Positions 1-14,440 of a stretch of 64,000 bases of DNA are shown piece after piece; the stretch's first letter is position 1, and the number at the start of each line of letters is the position of its first letter. The stretch comes from the human T2T-CHM13v2.0 reference genome, Homo sapiens: assembly GCF_009914755.1 (NCBI RefSeq), contig NC_060926.1, one strand, 5' to 3'. The notes below the pieces were generated by a model, which was not told the origin of the DNA, searched no databases, and worked only from the letters and a program-made list of their open reading frames with translations. Position numbers and translations under genes: made by a program.

Positions 1-79
1 TATATACATATATTATGTGTATATATTACATATACACAACATATACAATGTATATATTACATATACACATAATTGTATG

Positions 80-1715
80 TGTTGTAAAGTAGAGGTTAAA
101 TTGTTGTATATTGTTATTATTACTTCTGAAATATTCAATGAATTTAACAGTTAACTTATCTGACAATAGGAATGTCTTTGTGTGAAGATTGATATTTAGA
201 ATGCCCATTCATTTCATAGATACAGAGGACTCTTCTTGGGATGCTTTGGCAGTTTGTATCTGAAAAAAATTTTCCATTCTATCTAAGTTTTATAATTAAT
301 TAAAACAAATATGTTAATAATAGTTTTTATTAGTTTTTTAATGTTTGTAGTATTGATAGTAATGTCTCCCTTTTCACTTCTGCTATTGGTAATTTATTTC
401 ATTTTTATTTCTGATCATTCTAGATAGGCTTTATCAAATTAATTGATTTGTTCAAAGACATGTCTTTTTATTTTATTATTATTATTATATTGGTACTTTC
501 TATTTTATTGATTTCTACTCTTAGCATTATTATTACTTTTATTCTACTACCTTGGGCATAAATTGCTCTTCTTTTTCCAGACCTTTAACTTAGAAATATG
601 TAGGAAATATGTAACTAGGAAATATTAAAACTAATGGCAAAAACCACAATTACTTTTGCATTGACATATAGTTACAGCCTTGAGAAATTATATTTTCCTA
701 ATATTTGCTTTTAGTGCTATAAATTTCCCACTAAGCACTGTTTTAACTTCATCTTACATATTTTATATGCTGTGATGTTATTATCATTGTAATTACTCTT
801 TTCCTTTTTGATTTCTGTGTTCAGTTTTTAATATTTACGAATTACATATATCTTTCACTTACTGACTTTTTAGTTGAATTTTGTTGCAATCTGATAACTT
901 ATTTAATGTGATTTCTGATTTTGAAAATTTTAAAAACTGTTTAATGGCTCAAAATATAGCCTACCTTCATGAAGCTTCCTCATCTCTTGAAAATATCTAA
1001 TCCGCGGTTACATGATGGAGTTTTCCATAGTATCAGGTAGGTTCATTTAGTTGATATCATTGTTCAAATGTCCTATATCCTTACTAATTTTCTCTCTAAT
1101 TGCTGTATCAATTACTATAAGAGTATATAAGAATAAAGAGGTTTTTTTAGCTATAATTGAAAATTTGTCTGTTTTATTTGTTTGGTTTCTTTGTTGTTGT
1201 TTTTCCATGAGTTACTGATTCCTGTATTTTGAAATGCTATTATTAGATAAATACACATTTAGGATTGTGATTGCCTCTTAAAAATTTTACCCCTTTTCTG
1301 ATTTCTTAATTCTTTATGTAAAGTATATACAATTATTATTGTCACATTGACTTTGTTTATCCATCATTTTCCCTTTATGTCTTTTCTGTTTTCTTTTGAG
1401 ATTTTATATTTTTACAGTTTTTTAAATAGATTTCTTATTCACTATTGCCTTATTAGATATATCTGATAAACAATATCTGATTATTTTATTATATAGTAGT
1501 CACTCTAAAGTTTGCAAGATGCATCTTTAATTATCACAAATTACCAAAAAAGGTAAAATACCACTTTATGCATAATATACTTCTATTACCTCCTTCTGTT
1601 ATTGCACATTCTACTTTTACTTTTGCTAGAAACATATTCATATATGTGTATGCATGTGGTGTGTGTGTGAGTGATGTGTTATTTTATAAATACATTGTGC
1701 TATAAACATAGATTT
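80..1715 (-). mobile_element. Old, decayed LINE-1 (L1M-type) ORF2-region fragment
   Basis: T-rich strand with antisense-L1 phrases (e.g. gctataaatttcccactaagcactg at ~716; tgttcaaatgtcctatatccttact at ~1061); boundaries approximate. Confidence 0.7.
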
Positions 1716-1732
1716 TTAGTTTAAGCTTTTTT

Positions 1733-2035
<303 letters not shown>

Positions 2036-2052
2036 TTAGTTTAAGCTTTTTT

Positions 2053-4200
2053 AAATAATCAATTATCTGTTAAATATATTGAATAATAAAATATATTTTA
2101 TATTTCTCACATGTGTATTATTTCCAGTGCTTTTTAATCTTTCTTATAGGTCCAAATTTCCATCTGACATTATTTTAATTATTCTTGATCAGTTTCATCT
2201 AACATTGCTTATAGTGCAGGCCACTGGAAATGAAATGTCTCACATTGTGGTTTGAAAAAAAAAGGCCTTTATTTGGTCTTCAATTTTGAGAGCTATTTTA
2301 CTGGTAAGGAATTCTAGGTTCACAGGTTTTTCTTTTCCTCTGTTGAGTACTTTAAAGATGTCTCTCCATCAAGTTTCAGCTTTCATAGTTCCTGATAAGA
2401 CATCTTCTGATCTTTGGTCCTCTGTGTGCACAATGTGTATTTTTATTCTTTGGATACTTTTCTTTCTCTTTACATCTCATTTCAAGTCATTTGATTATCA
2501 CGTGGATTTGGTGGTTTTCCTTATATTTATTTTGCCTGAGGTCACTGAATTTCTTGGATTTTTAGGTTTATAATTTTCATCAAATTTTGCAAACTTTTGG
2601 ACATTATTACCTCAAATAACTTTTCTGTCTCCCATTTTCTCTTCTCATTTGGGGGCTTCAATTATACATATGTTAGTCTACATTAATCTTCTCTGTAAGT
2701 CCCCAGTGATCTGTTTATTTTTTCTTTACTCTTTTTTTCTCATGGTACTTTATTATGGACAGTTTCTATTCTCATGTCTTAGTTTACTGATTTTATCTTC
2801 TGTACTATCAAATCTGTTCTTGATCTCATCCTATATATATGAGTTATATATATATGTATACAGGGAGAAGATATATATACGTATATATGTAGAAGATATA
2901 TATGTATATATGTAGAATACATATACCTATATAACATAATATATGTATGTATGTGAATATGTTTATATTACTTATATATTATATACAAGTGTGTATATTC
3001 ATTATACAAAATTATATACCATATGCACATGTGTACATATCATATATGACACAAACATATATTTATATTATGTGTATATATGATATATAATATACATATG
3101 ATATGTATACATATGATGATACATGATATACTATGATATATATCATATATACCATAAAAACACATGTATTTTATATGATATATGTCCATGTGTATTTATT
3201 ATATATACACTTGTGTATATAGAGTATATATGATATATATCTCATATATATGCATACATAGTATATATGACATATATATAAACACATTTCAGATATATTT
3301 TTCATCTCTTGAATCTCTATTTAAATTGCTTTCATATCTTCATTTTTCTTCTCATTGTGGTCATTCTTTCTGCTACTTATTTGACTATGTATACCATATT
3401 TATAATGGTTGCTTTAGTGTCCTTGTTTGCTAATTCCATCATGTCTTATTTCTTGATATGGTTCTATTGGTTGATTTTTTTCTCTTGTTTATGAGTTCTA
3501 TTTTTCTGCTCTTTGCATACCTGGCAATTTTTTCTTCTTCTTCTTCTGGATACCAAACACTGAATTTTACTTTGTTGGTTCCTAGTTTTTGTTGTATTTC
3601 TATAAATAGTGTTGGATTTTTGTTTTGGTTTTAAGTGTTTAGAATGGGCCTGGGGCAACCTTTAGCCTGGGACTTATTTTTCCCCAGGTGGTGTGCTTTG
3701 AAGGACTCTACTTGATTCCCCATATATTATGAGGTCTTTCCATTTTGACAGGTGGGAATGTAAAATATTACTAGTTCTGGTTGATCCCCAGAAAATTTCC
3801 TGTCTACTTATTTCTACTTATTTTCTTTTTTTCTTTTTCTTTTTTTTCCTTTCTATTTTTTTTTTTTTCGTCTTAGATATTTCCCTCCCATGCAGTGCAT
3901 ATCAGCACTCAGTGTCCCAGGGCATTCTGATTCTTTCTCTTGGTGCATCTACCTTCTCTCTTCTATTTTTTCCCACAATTTCTCACTGCCAACTCTTCCA
4001 GATCGCTGATCTCAGCCCAGGAAAATGGCTAGATTCTGTTTGGATCCCCCTCCCTGAAGTGTAACCTGAAAACTTTAGGAATCACAGCTCTGTGCTGACT
4101 GTAGTCCACATCTGCAAACTATTGTTTCATATGTTTTGGCTATGTTTACAGTTAAGTCAGGATGGTAAATCCAGTTTCTTTATTCCATTTTGACCCAGAT
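2053..4200 (-). mobile_element. Old L1 (L1M) ORF1/5' region remnant, continuing across the Alu and a TA tract
   Basis: T-rich sequence resembling the L1 remnant at 39300-41280 (tactttaaagatgtctctcca; caaattttgcaaacttttggacattatt). Confidence 0.6.
2832..3300. repeat. Degenerate (TA)n/(TATG)n low-complexity tract
   Basis: Directly visible alternating TA-rich sequence. Confidence 0.9.
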
Positions 4201-4494
4201 AAGAATATTCTCTCTCTCGTCTACTTTTTAACTTTCCTTATTTTCTCTTTCTCCATATGTCACTAAGAGAAAATACAAAAAACACATAGTAGTAGTTACT
4301 TCAAATGGAAACATTAAGCTATGGTATGTAAAAGCCATTGCAATGATGTTACTCAGCCTTTCCCATCCTGAAGGAATTGCCTCAATGAAAAGTTTATAAA
4401 TTTGTTATAAACTAATCAGAATTCTCAATTATTGTTTCAGTTTAGTGGGAATTCAAATACATGTCAAGTTATTAAGAAAAACAGGGCGAAACTG

Positions 4495-4740
4495 CATTTC
4501 TAAGTATGTACTCTGTTGAATGCTAGTTTTAAGGAATGTTAGAAAATAACAGTCTTGTAGAAAGAGTTTGGGAAGCCTCAGTTAAATTAAAATCATGTTT
4601 CTTTATTGTTGCACTTCTAAATTAAATATACTTTTTATGCTTATGTGAATTGCAGATTTTGATTGTTCTCCAAAATAATATGCTCTTAGCACACTCCTAT
4701 TGAGCAATATACTTAAAGAATTAACAGTTTTGAGAATGCC
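4495..4740. mobile_element. Possible hAT-Charlie relic (MER103-like)
   Basis: Phrases such as gagtttgggaagcctcagttaaattaaaatcatgtttctttattg resemble MER103-type consensus; highly diverged. Confidence 0.35.
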
Positions 4741-4819
4741 AAGATGAAGAAGAGTTTAATATTATAAACTTAGAAAGGTATAAATTATTACATTATGCTT
4801 CAATCAAGATATGCATTTT

Positions 4820-5064
4820 GGCTGAGTACGGTGGCTCACACCTGTAATCTCAGCACTTTGGGAAGCTGAGGCAGGCGGATCACTAGGTCAAAAGATTGAG
4901 ACCATCCTGGCCAATGTGGTGAAACTCCGTCTCTACTAAAAATACAAAAATTCACTGGGCATGGTGGTGGGTGGCTGTAATTCTACTTGAGGCTGAGGCT
5001 GGAGAATCATTTGAACCCAAGAGACAGAAGTTGTAGTGATCTGATATTGTGCCACTGCACTCCA
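4820..5064 (+). mobile_element. AluS, 3'-truncated (no terminal ~30 bp, no polyA)
   Basis: ggctgagtacggtggctcacacctgtaatc...gccactgcactcca, then the sequence switches to an LTR. Confidence 0.92.
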
Positions 5065-5436
5065 AACCTCATGGTAAAATTTGACCCCTTGGAGATGGGG
5101 CTGATGGGAGGTGTTTGGGTTATGGGGTGAATCCCTCATGAATGGCTTGGTGCCATCCTCATAGTATTGAGTTTTCGCTCTATTAGTTCCTGTTAGAGCT
5201 GGTCACTAAAAAGAGCCTAGACCTCCCCTCTCTCTCTTCCTCCCCTCTTCCTCTTTGGCCATGTGATCTCTGCACTCCAGCTCCCCTTTGCCTTCTGCCA
5301 TGAGTGGAATCAGCCTGAGGCCTTCACCAGGTGCCCAATCTTCCAGCCAGCAGAATCATGAGCCAAATAAGTCCTTTTACTTTATAAATTATCTAGTCTT
5401 AGACATTCCTTTATAGTAACGCAAATGGACAAAGCA
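5060..5436 (+). mobile_element. MaLR solo LTR (MSTB-like), 5'-truncated
   Basis: ctccaaacctcatgg...gggaggtgtttgggttatgggggtgaatccctcatgaatggcttgg...cctttatagtaacgcaaatggacaaagca. Confidence 0.85.
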
Positions 5437-5915
5437 ATGGTATTGTATTTTTAATTTTGATTTCCACATATTTGTTGTATTAAAAGGTGAATGTTTTTGT
5501 GTGTTGATCTGTACCTTGTGAACTTGTTGGACTCACATATTGATTTTAGAGAAGTTTTTGTAGATTCTTTATGATTTTCCTCATTGGGTCATCAGCAATT
5601 AGTGACAGTTTTCTTGTTTTTCCAATTTTTATGCTTTGCCCCTTGTATTGCTCTAGTAGAACATCCAGTGCTATGCTGAATAAGAATAGTGAGAACAGAC
5701 ATCCTTGTTTTCTTTCTGATCTGAGGAGAAAAACATTCAGCCTTTCACTGTTAAATTTCACTCAGTTTCTTATACCTATAGGTTTATGTTTTTAAAAAAT
5801 TTGGGACGTGTTTGGACATTATTTCACTGTTTTTTCAGTCCCACTAATTATCACCTTTCTTTCTGGGACTTGAATGATATTAAGTTCTCTTGTGAATGTT
5901 CCATAGGAACCCAGG

Positions 5916-6267
5916 TGATATGGTTTGGCCCTGTTTCCCCACTCAAACCTCATCTCAAATTGTAATTCCCACATGTCGAAGGAGGGACATGTAATGTTAA
6001 GGGAGGTTTCCCCCATGCTGTTTTCGTGATAGTTGAGTGAGTTTTCATGAGATCTGATGGTTTTATAAGTGTTTGACGGCTCCTCCTTCACACACCCTGT
6101 CTCACCTGCTGCCATGTAAGACGTGCCTGCTTCCCCTTCCACCAGGATTGTAAGTTTCCTGAGGCCTCCCCAGCCGTGCAGAACTGTGAGTCAATTAAAC
6201 CTCTTTTTTAAATAAATTACCCACTCTCGGGTATTTCTTTATAGCAGTGTGAAAATGAACTAATACA
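5916..6267 (+). mobile_element. THE1 solo LTR (THE1D-like MaLR)
   Basis: tgatatggtttgg...gaactaataca termini; 5-bp TSD ccagg/ccatg. Confidence 0.92.
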
Positions 6268-6451
6268 CCATGTCTCTGTTTAATAATTTTGTATTTCAGT
6301 CTATTTTCTCTATGTTGTTCAAATTGAATAAATTAAATTGATTTGTCCTCAAATTCACAGATTCTATCACCTGCCATGTCTACTCTACTAATGAGCTAAT
6401 CCATCAAGTGTTTTATTTTGCTGTAGTTTTCGGTCCTATAATTTTCATTTA

Positions 6452-6609
6452 GTTATTTTTGGTAGTTTCTATTTCTTTGTGGAAATTGGGTTTTTTTTCC
6501 ATTTGTTTCCAGATAATTTTAAGTTTCTTGTTATTTTTGGTAGTTTCTATTTCTTTGCTGAAATTGGTTTTTTTTCCCCCATTTGCTTCCAGATAATTTT
6601 AAGTTTCTT
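6452..6609 (+). repeat. Tandem duplication of ~78-80 bp (2 copies)
   Basis: gttatttttggtagtttctatttctttg...ccagataattttaagtttctt starts at 6452 and again at 6530. Confidence 0.9.
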
Positions 6610-6654
6610 ATTAAAGTAGTTTTACACTGTTTGCTTTAAAACTCTTTTCAGATA

Positions 6655-7332
<678 letters not shown>

Positions 7333-7870
7333 TATCTGATTTTTCTCAGTGTTGTCACTTGTTAATTGACTTTTCTCATTCAAATTGTGTTGGTTCTTGA
7401 TATGATGAGTGGTTTACATTGTATACTGAACTTCAAATACTATTCAATTAATTAAGTAGTCAACCAAACAATACCCTCGTTGAAGTATAGTTAAAAAACA
7501 TGGTATGTGAGCATGTTCTGCTTTTCATTGGGCTCCATAGATACCAGCACAGAGCACCAACTCACACTGCCTGATTGCAGATGCGTGGAGTGAAAGTTAT
7601 CCCAAGGCTTCACTGACACTTTATCTTTCCAGCAAAAATGAGCACCAACTGGTACTGCTTGTTGTCTCCCAGGGGGAGTGTGTCCTCTGCTTCCTGCTGT
7701 GTTTCACTGATGCCAATGAGGGAGGAAGCTGAAGACTCAAAAAACACTTTTATTTTTTTTGCTGCAGGTATGAGGAAGAAGCTTAGCTCCTCACTGGAGC
7801 CCACTGATGACATGGATAGGGAGATGGGACAGTGAAGTCAACCAGCTTCATCTCACACCACCTCTTCCCC

Positions 7871-8108
<238 letters not shown>

Positions 8109-8810
8109 ACCTCTTCCCCTTTTTAGTGCCAGGTGGGTGAGAGCACGTTCAGCTTCCCACTGGGTCCTTGGGTGGAGTGCTGGTCAGCCTGGCCTTCCTC
8201 CACCAGGCTAAATTTCTTGCTGTTTGTAGAGGGTGGAGCCTCCTCCACTCTCTGCTGAATCCTACTGACCCCACCCCCATGGGAAAATCAAAATACTGCC
8301 TGCCTCTGCAGGGAGGGGGTGTTGGAGGGCTGCTGCTTGCATAGGTGGATGGGAGGTGGGGTGGGAAATAAGCTCCCTTCAGCCCTTCTGAAGCCTGGGG
8401 TCTGCGAGGGTTCTGTTGGTGTTTGCCTAAAGTATGGCAAATATTGTCAACGAACATTTCCATTCTGTTAGGACACCCTTTTCCAAGTTCTTTGGCTAAG
8501 GTAACAGGCTTTTCTTGGACCTTTTCTTTGTGTGTGTCTATTAGTAGTTCTGGAGATTCCACAGTACCTTCTCCAGAACATAAGAGTGGGAAAAGGAAGA
8601 TCCAGGGAATTTGCCATGGTGTCTTTTCCCAAGTCCTCAGTTCACCAGGCAGCCTAACTTCTTCTTTCTACCATCCAGGCTCTTTCTATGCTTGCTCATT
8701 CTGATCTAATCCATTTTATACTTGTAAGTGGGAGAACCTGTGAGTAAAGGGGCTACTCCATCTTTTATCCCATCTTTGCTAGAACCATAGGGCAAGATAT
8801 ACTTAAAAAT

Positions 8811-9075
8811 ATTTTATGAATACATGATACTTGTACATATTTATAAGGTGCATGTGATACTTTGATAAAAGCATGCAATTGGTAATAATGAAATCTGGGT
8901 AATGAGGATATCCATCATCTCAAACATTTATCATTTATTTGTGTTAGGAACATTCCAAAGTTAGATAGAAGGAATAAGTCTCAGTGTTCAATAGCACAAG
9001 AGGATGACTATAGTTAACAATAACTTAGGATATATTTCAAAATAGCTAGAAGAAAAGATTTGGAGTGTTCCCAAC
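8811..9075 (-). mobile_element. Short L1MA-type 3' end with internal inversion
   Basis: 8811-8959 is the antisense 3' terminus; 8961-9075 is the adjacent upstream L1 segment in sense orientation. Confidence 0.8.
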
Positions 9076-11302
9076 ATAACTATTTTCAAAAAAGCTCTTT
9101 TGTCAATAGTAAGACGCCAGTGCTTGGAGGAAAAAGTTACAAATTGTATTCAAATCTAAGTTTCTACTTTGACTGACTTAAAGTGAGCAAGATAATAAGC
9201 TGTTTATTGATAATCTCAATGTGAACAAAAGGATACCCCAGTCAAGAACACAGACACAAAGGGGCTAGAAGAGGACAAAAATGATTAACCTATCTACAGT
9301 CCAAAAGTGAGGGATAAGTAGAACTAATCTATGCTTATAGAGTGGTGACCACTGCTGGGGAGGGGGACATGGAAAGTGTAGTGACTGCTGAAGCTCCAGA
9401 CATGGTCATTTATTTTATGTATATTATACCCCAAAAGAAAGTTTAAAGAATAATTTACTATAGGAAATTTGTAAAAAAGAAATCTTAAGAAAATAACATC
9501 ATATTTTCTGGAAGTAGCAATGTATATTTTTTTCAGTTTGAAGTTACACTGAACTTTTTAACTCTGTATTTAGAGAATAAACTAATTCGTATTTTAGATT
9601 TCCTTACTCTTTCTTCCAAATCCTATTTTAAATAAGCTTTTAAAAATTGTATGGTAGTGAGTGGGGAAGGGGAGGAAGGGGGAGGAAGCAAAAAAAAATG
9701 ATATAGTAGGCATTGATGCTAATTTGCAACTCTAAATGCCTTTTATAAATCATGTTCTTCATTAAAAAAGAGAAAAAAATTATTATCTCTATTATCTGTT
9801 CCCTTCCCTACTTGAGAAACAAACAAACAAACAAAAAACTTGCCAAGGAAAAAAAGAAGCAGAGTCTTTTCTCTGACATTAGCATTATAACATGTTTACA
9901 GCACAACATCAGTTCTTTTCTGAAAATAGGTAAAATGCAAATGCATTAAGATGCTAAAGATTCAAGATATGACTACAATATGACCTTGGCAGACAAAGGT
10001 ACAGAAAGGTAAACGAAGAAGCCACCATCCTGATCCCAGGATTATACCAATAATTCAGCAGTCAATGTGTTTTATCATATAGCCATGTTTCCGCACATAA
10101 ATTATTCTAGCTCCAGTGCTGCTGTTGCCTATGCAATTGCTTTTAAAATAGAATGCATTCTTATGCTAAGTAAGTGTGCTTGCTGTGGTGCTGAATATCA
10201 TTCTTATTCTGAGATTAGAATATTAAAAATAAATATTTGCAGCTCCTGTGATAATAAAAGAAACACAACATGAACTCCAGTGAAAATGTAAGACAAAAGA
10301 AGAGAAAACATTTAAATGCTGAACTTATAAAGAAGACAAAGAACAAAAGCAATTGCTTGACGTTATAAAACCCACTGGCTTAAAATAAATTGTTTGCTGA
10401 GTAGCAATTTTCTCATGGTTTTAAATGAAAAGTAAACCTATCCCTTTTTTCAAAAAATTAGATATATCCAGTCTTATGTAACAGCATAGAACTTTATTTT
10501 CTACTAATGCAAATAAATGTCCTTCACACCTAGCAGACCAGAAAATCACCAATGAAATCTTAGTTTAATTATTTTCCTGATAGCGACTTGGAATCGATAC
10601 ATCAACTAAATATCTTCTGCCAAGACTTAATCGCCATCACATTTGCTTGTTTTTATGTGGTTTCAAGCAATCAAAAGAGAGAGGAAGAAGAGGTAAAGAA
10701 ATAAATTCATTCATATTGTAATGACAACTTTAAAAAATTACAGATTCAATTTGTTTCAAGAGGAACAAAGCAAGGAAAGGTAAATGAATTAAGAACACAA
10801 ACCCGGGTATGTCTCATTTCTCTGGCATTCTTTTCCAGTGTTAAGAAAAACAGAATCAATCATCTTATCACACCTGGACTCCAACTTCACCTCCAAGATA
10901 AATAAAAGAGATGAGCATTGGTCCATGAATTCAGAATGCAATTATCTTCCTGATTTTGTCACCAGTTTGCTACGTGACCCTAGAAAGCTTACTTCCCTTT
11001 TCTTTGTATTATTTTATATCTTCAAAATAGAGATACTTTTATATTGTGCATGCCTTTTAAGAAGATATAGTGTGATCTCAGCCTGGTGTAGGTGGTTTTA
11101 GAAGTATCCCTTTTGTGTAGCTGGGGAATCACCTAATATGCTTTAAAGAAGAAGTGCATTCCATTAAGTTATTTATAATGCATATTTCCTCAAAAAATAG
11201 TATTGTGTTACTAAGTTTCATGAGGTAATCAAAGTTGCATTCCTATAAGGAAAAAATAAATTATCCAGAGGAGGCAACATTCAGATTCAGATTCTACTGA
11301 GA

Positions 11303-11530
11303 TTTATTTGTTGAGCACTGAAAATATGCCTGGCAGTTGTTAGAAATTTTTACATACTTCATGAAAATTAATCTTTACAACAATCAGTCATGAACTTCAT
11401 TTTTTTAACAACGATAATGTCATTACTACCTTTTTTATTTTTAACAAATAAAGATGTTGGGGCTCAGAGTAGTTATGTGACTTGCCAAGGTGACAGATGC
11501 AAGGGACTATGCCAAGATTTAAAAGTGGGC
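11303..11530 (-). mobile_element. MIR
   Basis: tttatttgttgagcac...ggggctcagagtagttatgtgacttgccaaggtgacag (MIR core). Confidence 0.7.
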
Positions 11531-11649
11531 TCATTTCTGTACATTTTCTATGCACTAACTCTTATTAAGAAAACAGGCACCCTCACAACAACCTCACAAC
11601 AGACTTCCTGTTTTGAGAAGGCACCCAGCAGCTCTGGCTGGCAGCAGTT

Positions 11650-11880
11650 TCTTCATTTATTCAGCAGTCACATGTTTTTTTTAGGAACGACGAGTCAGGT
11701 ACTGCATTGGATACTGGCAATACAGCACAATCTCACCAATAGCAGTCTAACCAGCAGTCATGACTGTGATGGCTAAGTCCCAAAACAGAGGCACGTATGA
11801 GAGTCTATAGATGTGCAAAGAGGATTCTGCTAGGCCTGAGGGAACCATCCAGGAAGGCTGTGCAGAAGCTCCTTGAGGTT
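11650..11880 (-). mobile_element. L2 3' fragment
   Basis: ttcatttattcagcagtcacatg...caggtactgcattggatactggcaatacag. Confidence 0.5.
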
Positions 11881-12647
11881 CCAGCAAAATAAATGCTTGC
11901 ATTTCTCTGAAGTTCTCTAAGTTTGAAATTTTAGACTCTGGAAAATTAATTATGTCGCAGTGTATCAACTTATAATTTGTCATTAAGAAGTGAACTATAT
12001 TACCATGCTCCAGAAGAGCTGGTCAAACGAACACAGGCAGGGTGGTGCCTGGAACACACTTCCTTACTGAAGCCTCCATTTTCTTTGGATAGCTGGTTCT
12101 TCTCCTCACAATGAAGGGCTGAGATCAGTGGACTTCACAGGTTTCTTTGAGTTGACAAATCCCCATAAATCTCTGTATGAGAAAGCTGATGCCTCTTTTC
12201 ATGTCAATCAACATTCAATCTTATCAACGTCATCAATATCTTTATAATAATATTTCACCTACATTCAAATTAATAAGCTTTATTCACAATAAGATGGAAT
12301 GATTACAGGTGTTAATTTGTAGAGTTGCTGATCTACCCTGAGTTCCTTTTGTGTCTGGCCCACTTCACAAATAGCACAAGCTTTCAAGCCACCATTCTTG
12401 TCTGCTTTCTCCCCAGGTTTCTCTTTAATACCTAAATACTGAGGAGCTTTAAAGGGATAGGTAAATAGATGAAGAGGTAACTGGGGAGAAGAATTAGGCA
12501 TTTTAATTTGTGAGTTTTCATTCATAACAGCTAAGGCAACGTTTTTATGCAGGGTTCACAGCCCAGATTCTAGCCCAGAAAAGCGTACTTACAAGAACCA
12601 GAGATCACTGGAGTCTGGGAACCAAGAAGGAAATAATGACAGGCTGG

Positions 12648-13319
12648 TGTTAACAGAAAAAAATGAACTCTGTCAAATGTTTTAGAGGCTTACTCTGAGC
12701 CAATATGAGTAACTGTGACCCCAAGAAAAACACAAACCCAAGAAGCCTCGAGTAAGTGGTACTGAGGTGGTCACATCACCGTTTTGGTTTTACACATTTT
12801 AGGGAGGCTGGAGTTACACAAAGACCTAAATCAGTACATGGAAGGTATATATTGGTTCAGCTGGAAAAGGTGGGATATCTTGATGAGCAGGCTTACAGGT
12901 TATAAGTAGACTTAGAGATTCTTTAATTTGCAATTGGTTAAAGGAGTAAGGCTCTGTCTAAACTCTGACAGTCAGCAGAAAAGAATGCTTTGAGATAAGG
13001 ATGCTATATGGCAAAACTGATGACCTGCAGGTGTGACCTAACCCTTGCCTAGCATGGCCTTAGGTCCTGTCTTTAATGTGGTGTCTTATTGCCACAAAAA
13101 GCCTATTTTATCCATCTCATGATCTCTGTTTTAACATTAATACTGGTCAGTTGTGCTTGACCTCCAAAAGGGCGGGGGTTTAATGAGGCATGTCCGGCCT
13201 CCCTTCCCGCCATGCCTAAGAATTCAGTTTTTTAGGTTTTCCTGGTGTTCCCTTGGCCAAAAAGAGGTCCATTTAGTTGGTGGGGTGATGGAAGTTTAGG
13301 ATTTTATTTTTAGTTTACA
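12648..13319 (-). mobile_element. MER4-family ERV1 solo LTR (MER4D-like)
   Basis: TG...CA termini; right end is the reverse complement of TGTAAACTAAAAATAAAATCC; 4-bp TSD ctgg/ccgg. Confidence 0.88.
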
Positions 13320-14094
13320 CCGGATATGAAATCTGAAGCTGTTTTGATTTTCAGGCTCTCAGAGCCTGATCCTTTTAGCCATTTAAAGAAAGAGCTTGGC
13401 AGACTGCTGATCAGATGTCTTGAGGGCTTTGCTTCACTCCGGGAATGATAGGATTCTAGTGAGCAAAGAAAAAGAAGAACTGAGCATGATAATTTTGCCT
13501 TAGAACCATGGTGTTTCTGACAGGATGCCGGAGTCAGAGCAGTATCTTAAGCTACCTTGGCGACACAGCTGAGGGAAAAGGGAAGAACAAGTCCCGGACT
13601 GTGCTCAGGGTGTCATAGATTTATAGCACAGGGAGTTGTGCAGATTCTCAAGTGAAATTTTTATAAAGTCTATTTATTTGAAGGAAATGTTGGCATGTAT
13701 GGGGGAGTTAGCTGCAGGCATAGAGCTCTAGTGATCCCCCGGGTTAAACTGGTTGTTTGATTAGCGGTGGTCATCAGAAAGCTTGCAGGCCAGTTTGATT
13801 CTTAAAGAAGTCTTACCTGGTGCTGTAGGAAAATCTCAACATTCAGATAATACAAACACAGAAACATAGAATTTTTGTTTTAGTTATAATAGCATAAAGG
13901 TGATGTTTTAGCTGACTCTATGGAATCTGTTTGTAAAAGAACTAAATAGGGAACCAGAAGAAGGAGTAGAGAAAGAAGTGTAAGCCATGCTTCCCACAAT
14001 GACTGTCTTATTCCCTTCTCAATTCCGGGTGTGAAGGTCAGGGCCAGGTGTTTCACAAGGGTGCACTCAGGGCACAGGTGTTGACTGGGGAACA

Positions 14095-14440
14095 GAGGCA
14101 GGGATAGTGAAAGAGGGAAAAGGAAGAAAGGAGGGAGAAGGAACGGAGAAGAGGGAAAGGGAGGAAGGAAGAGATAGAGGGAGAGAAGAAAAGACAGGAA
14201 AGGGAGGGAGGGGGAGACAGGGAGGGAGAGTGCACAGAAGAAGGGGAGGAAAGAAGAGAGGGAGTGGGTAGATGGCATGGAGGAAGGACAGAGGAAAGAA
14301 AGAGAGGAAGGGATAAAAGGAAAGGGGGAAGAACAGGAAGGTACAGGGGATGGAGGAAGTTGAGGGATGAGGAAGGAGAGAGGAAGAGGGACAGGAGGAA
14401 GGGAACAGAGGAAAAAGGGGAAGGATGGAGGGAGAGAGGA
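14095..14440. repeat. GA-rich polypurine low-complexity tract
   Basis: About 345 bp of almost pure G/A on the + strand. Confidence 0.9.
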
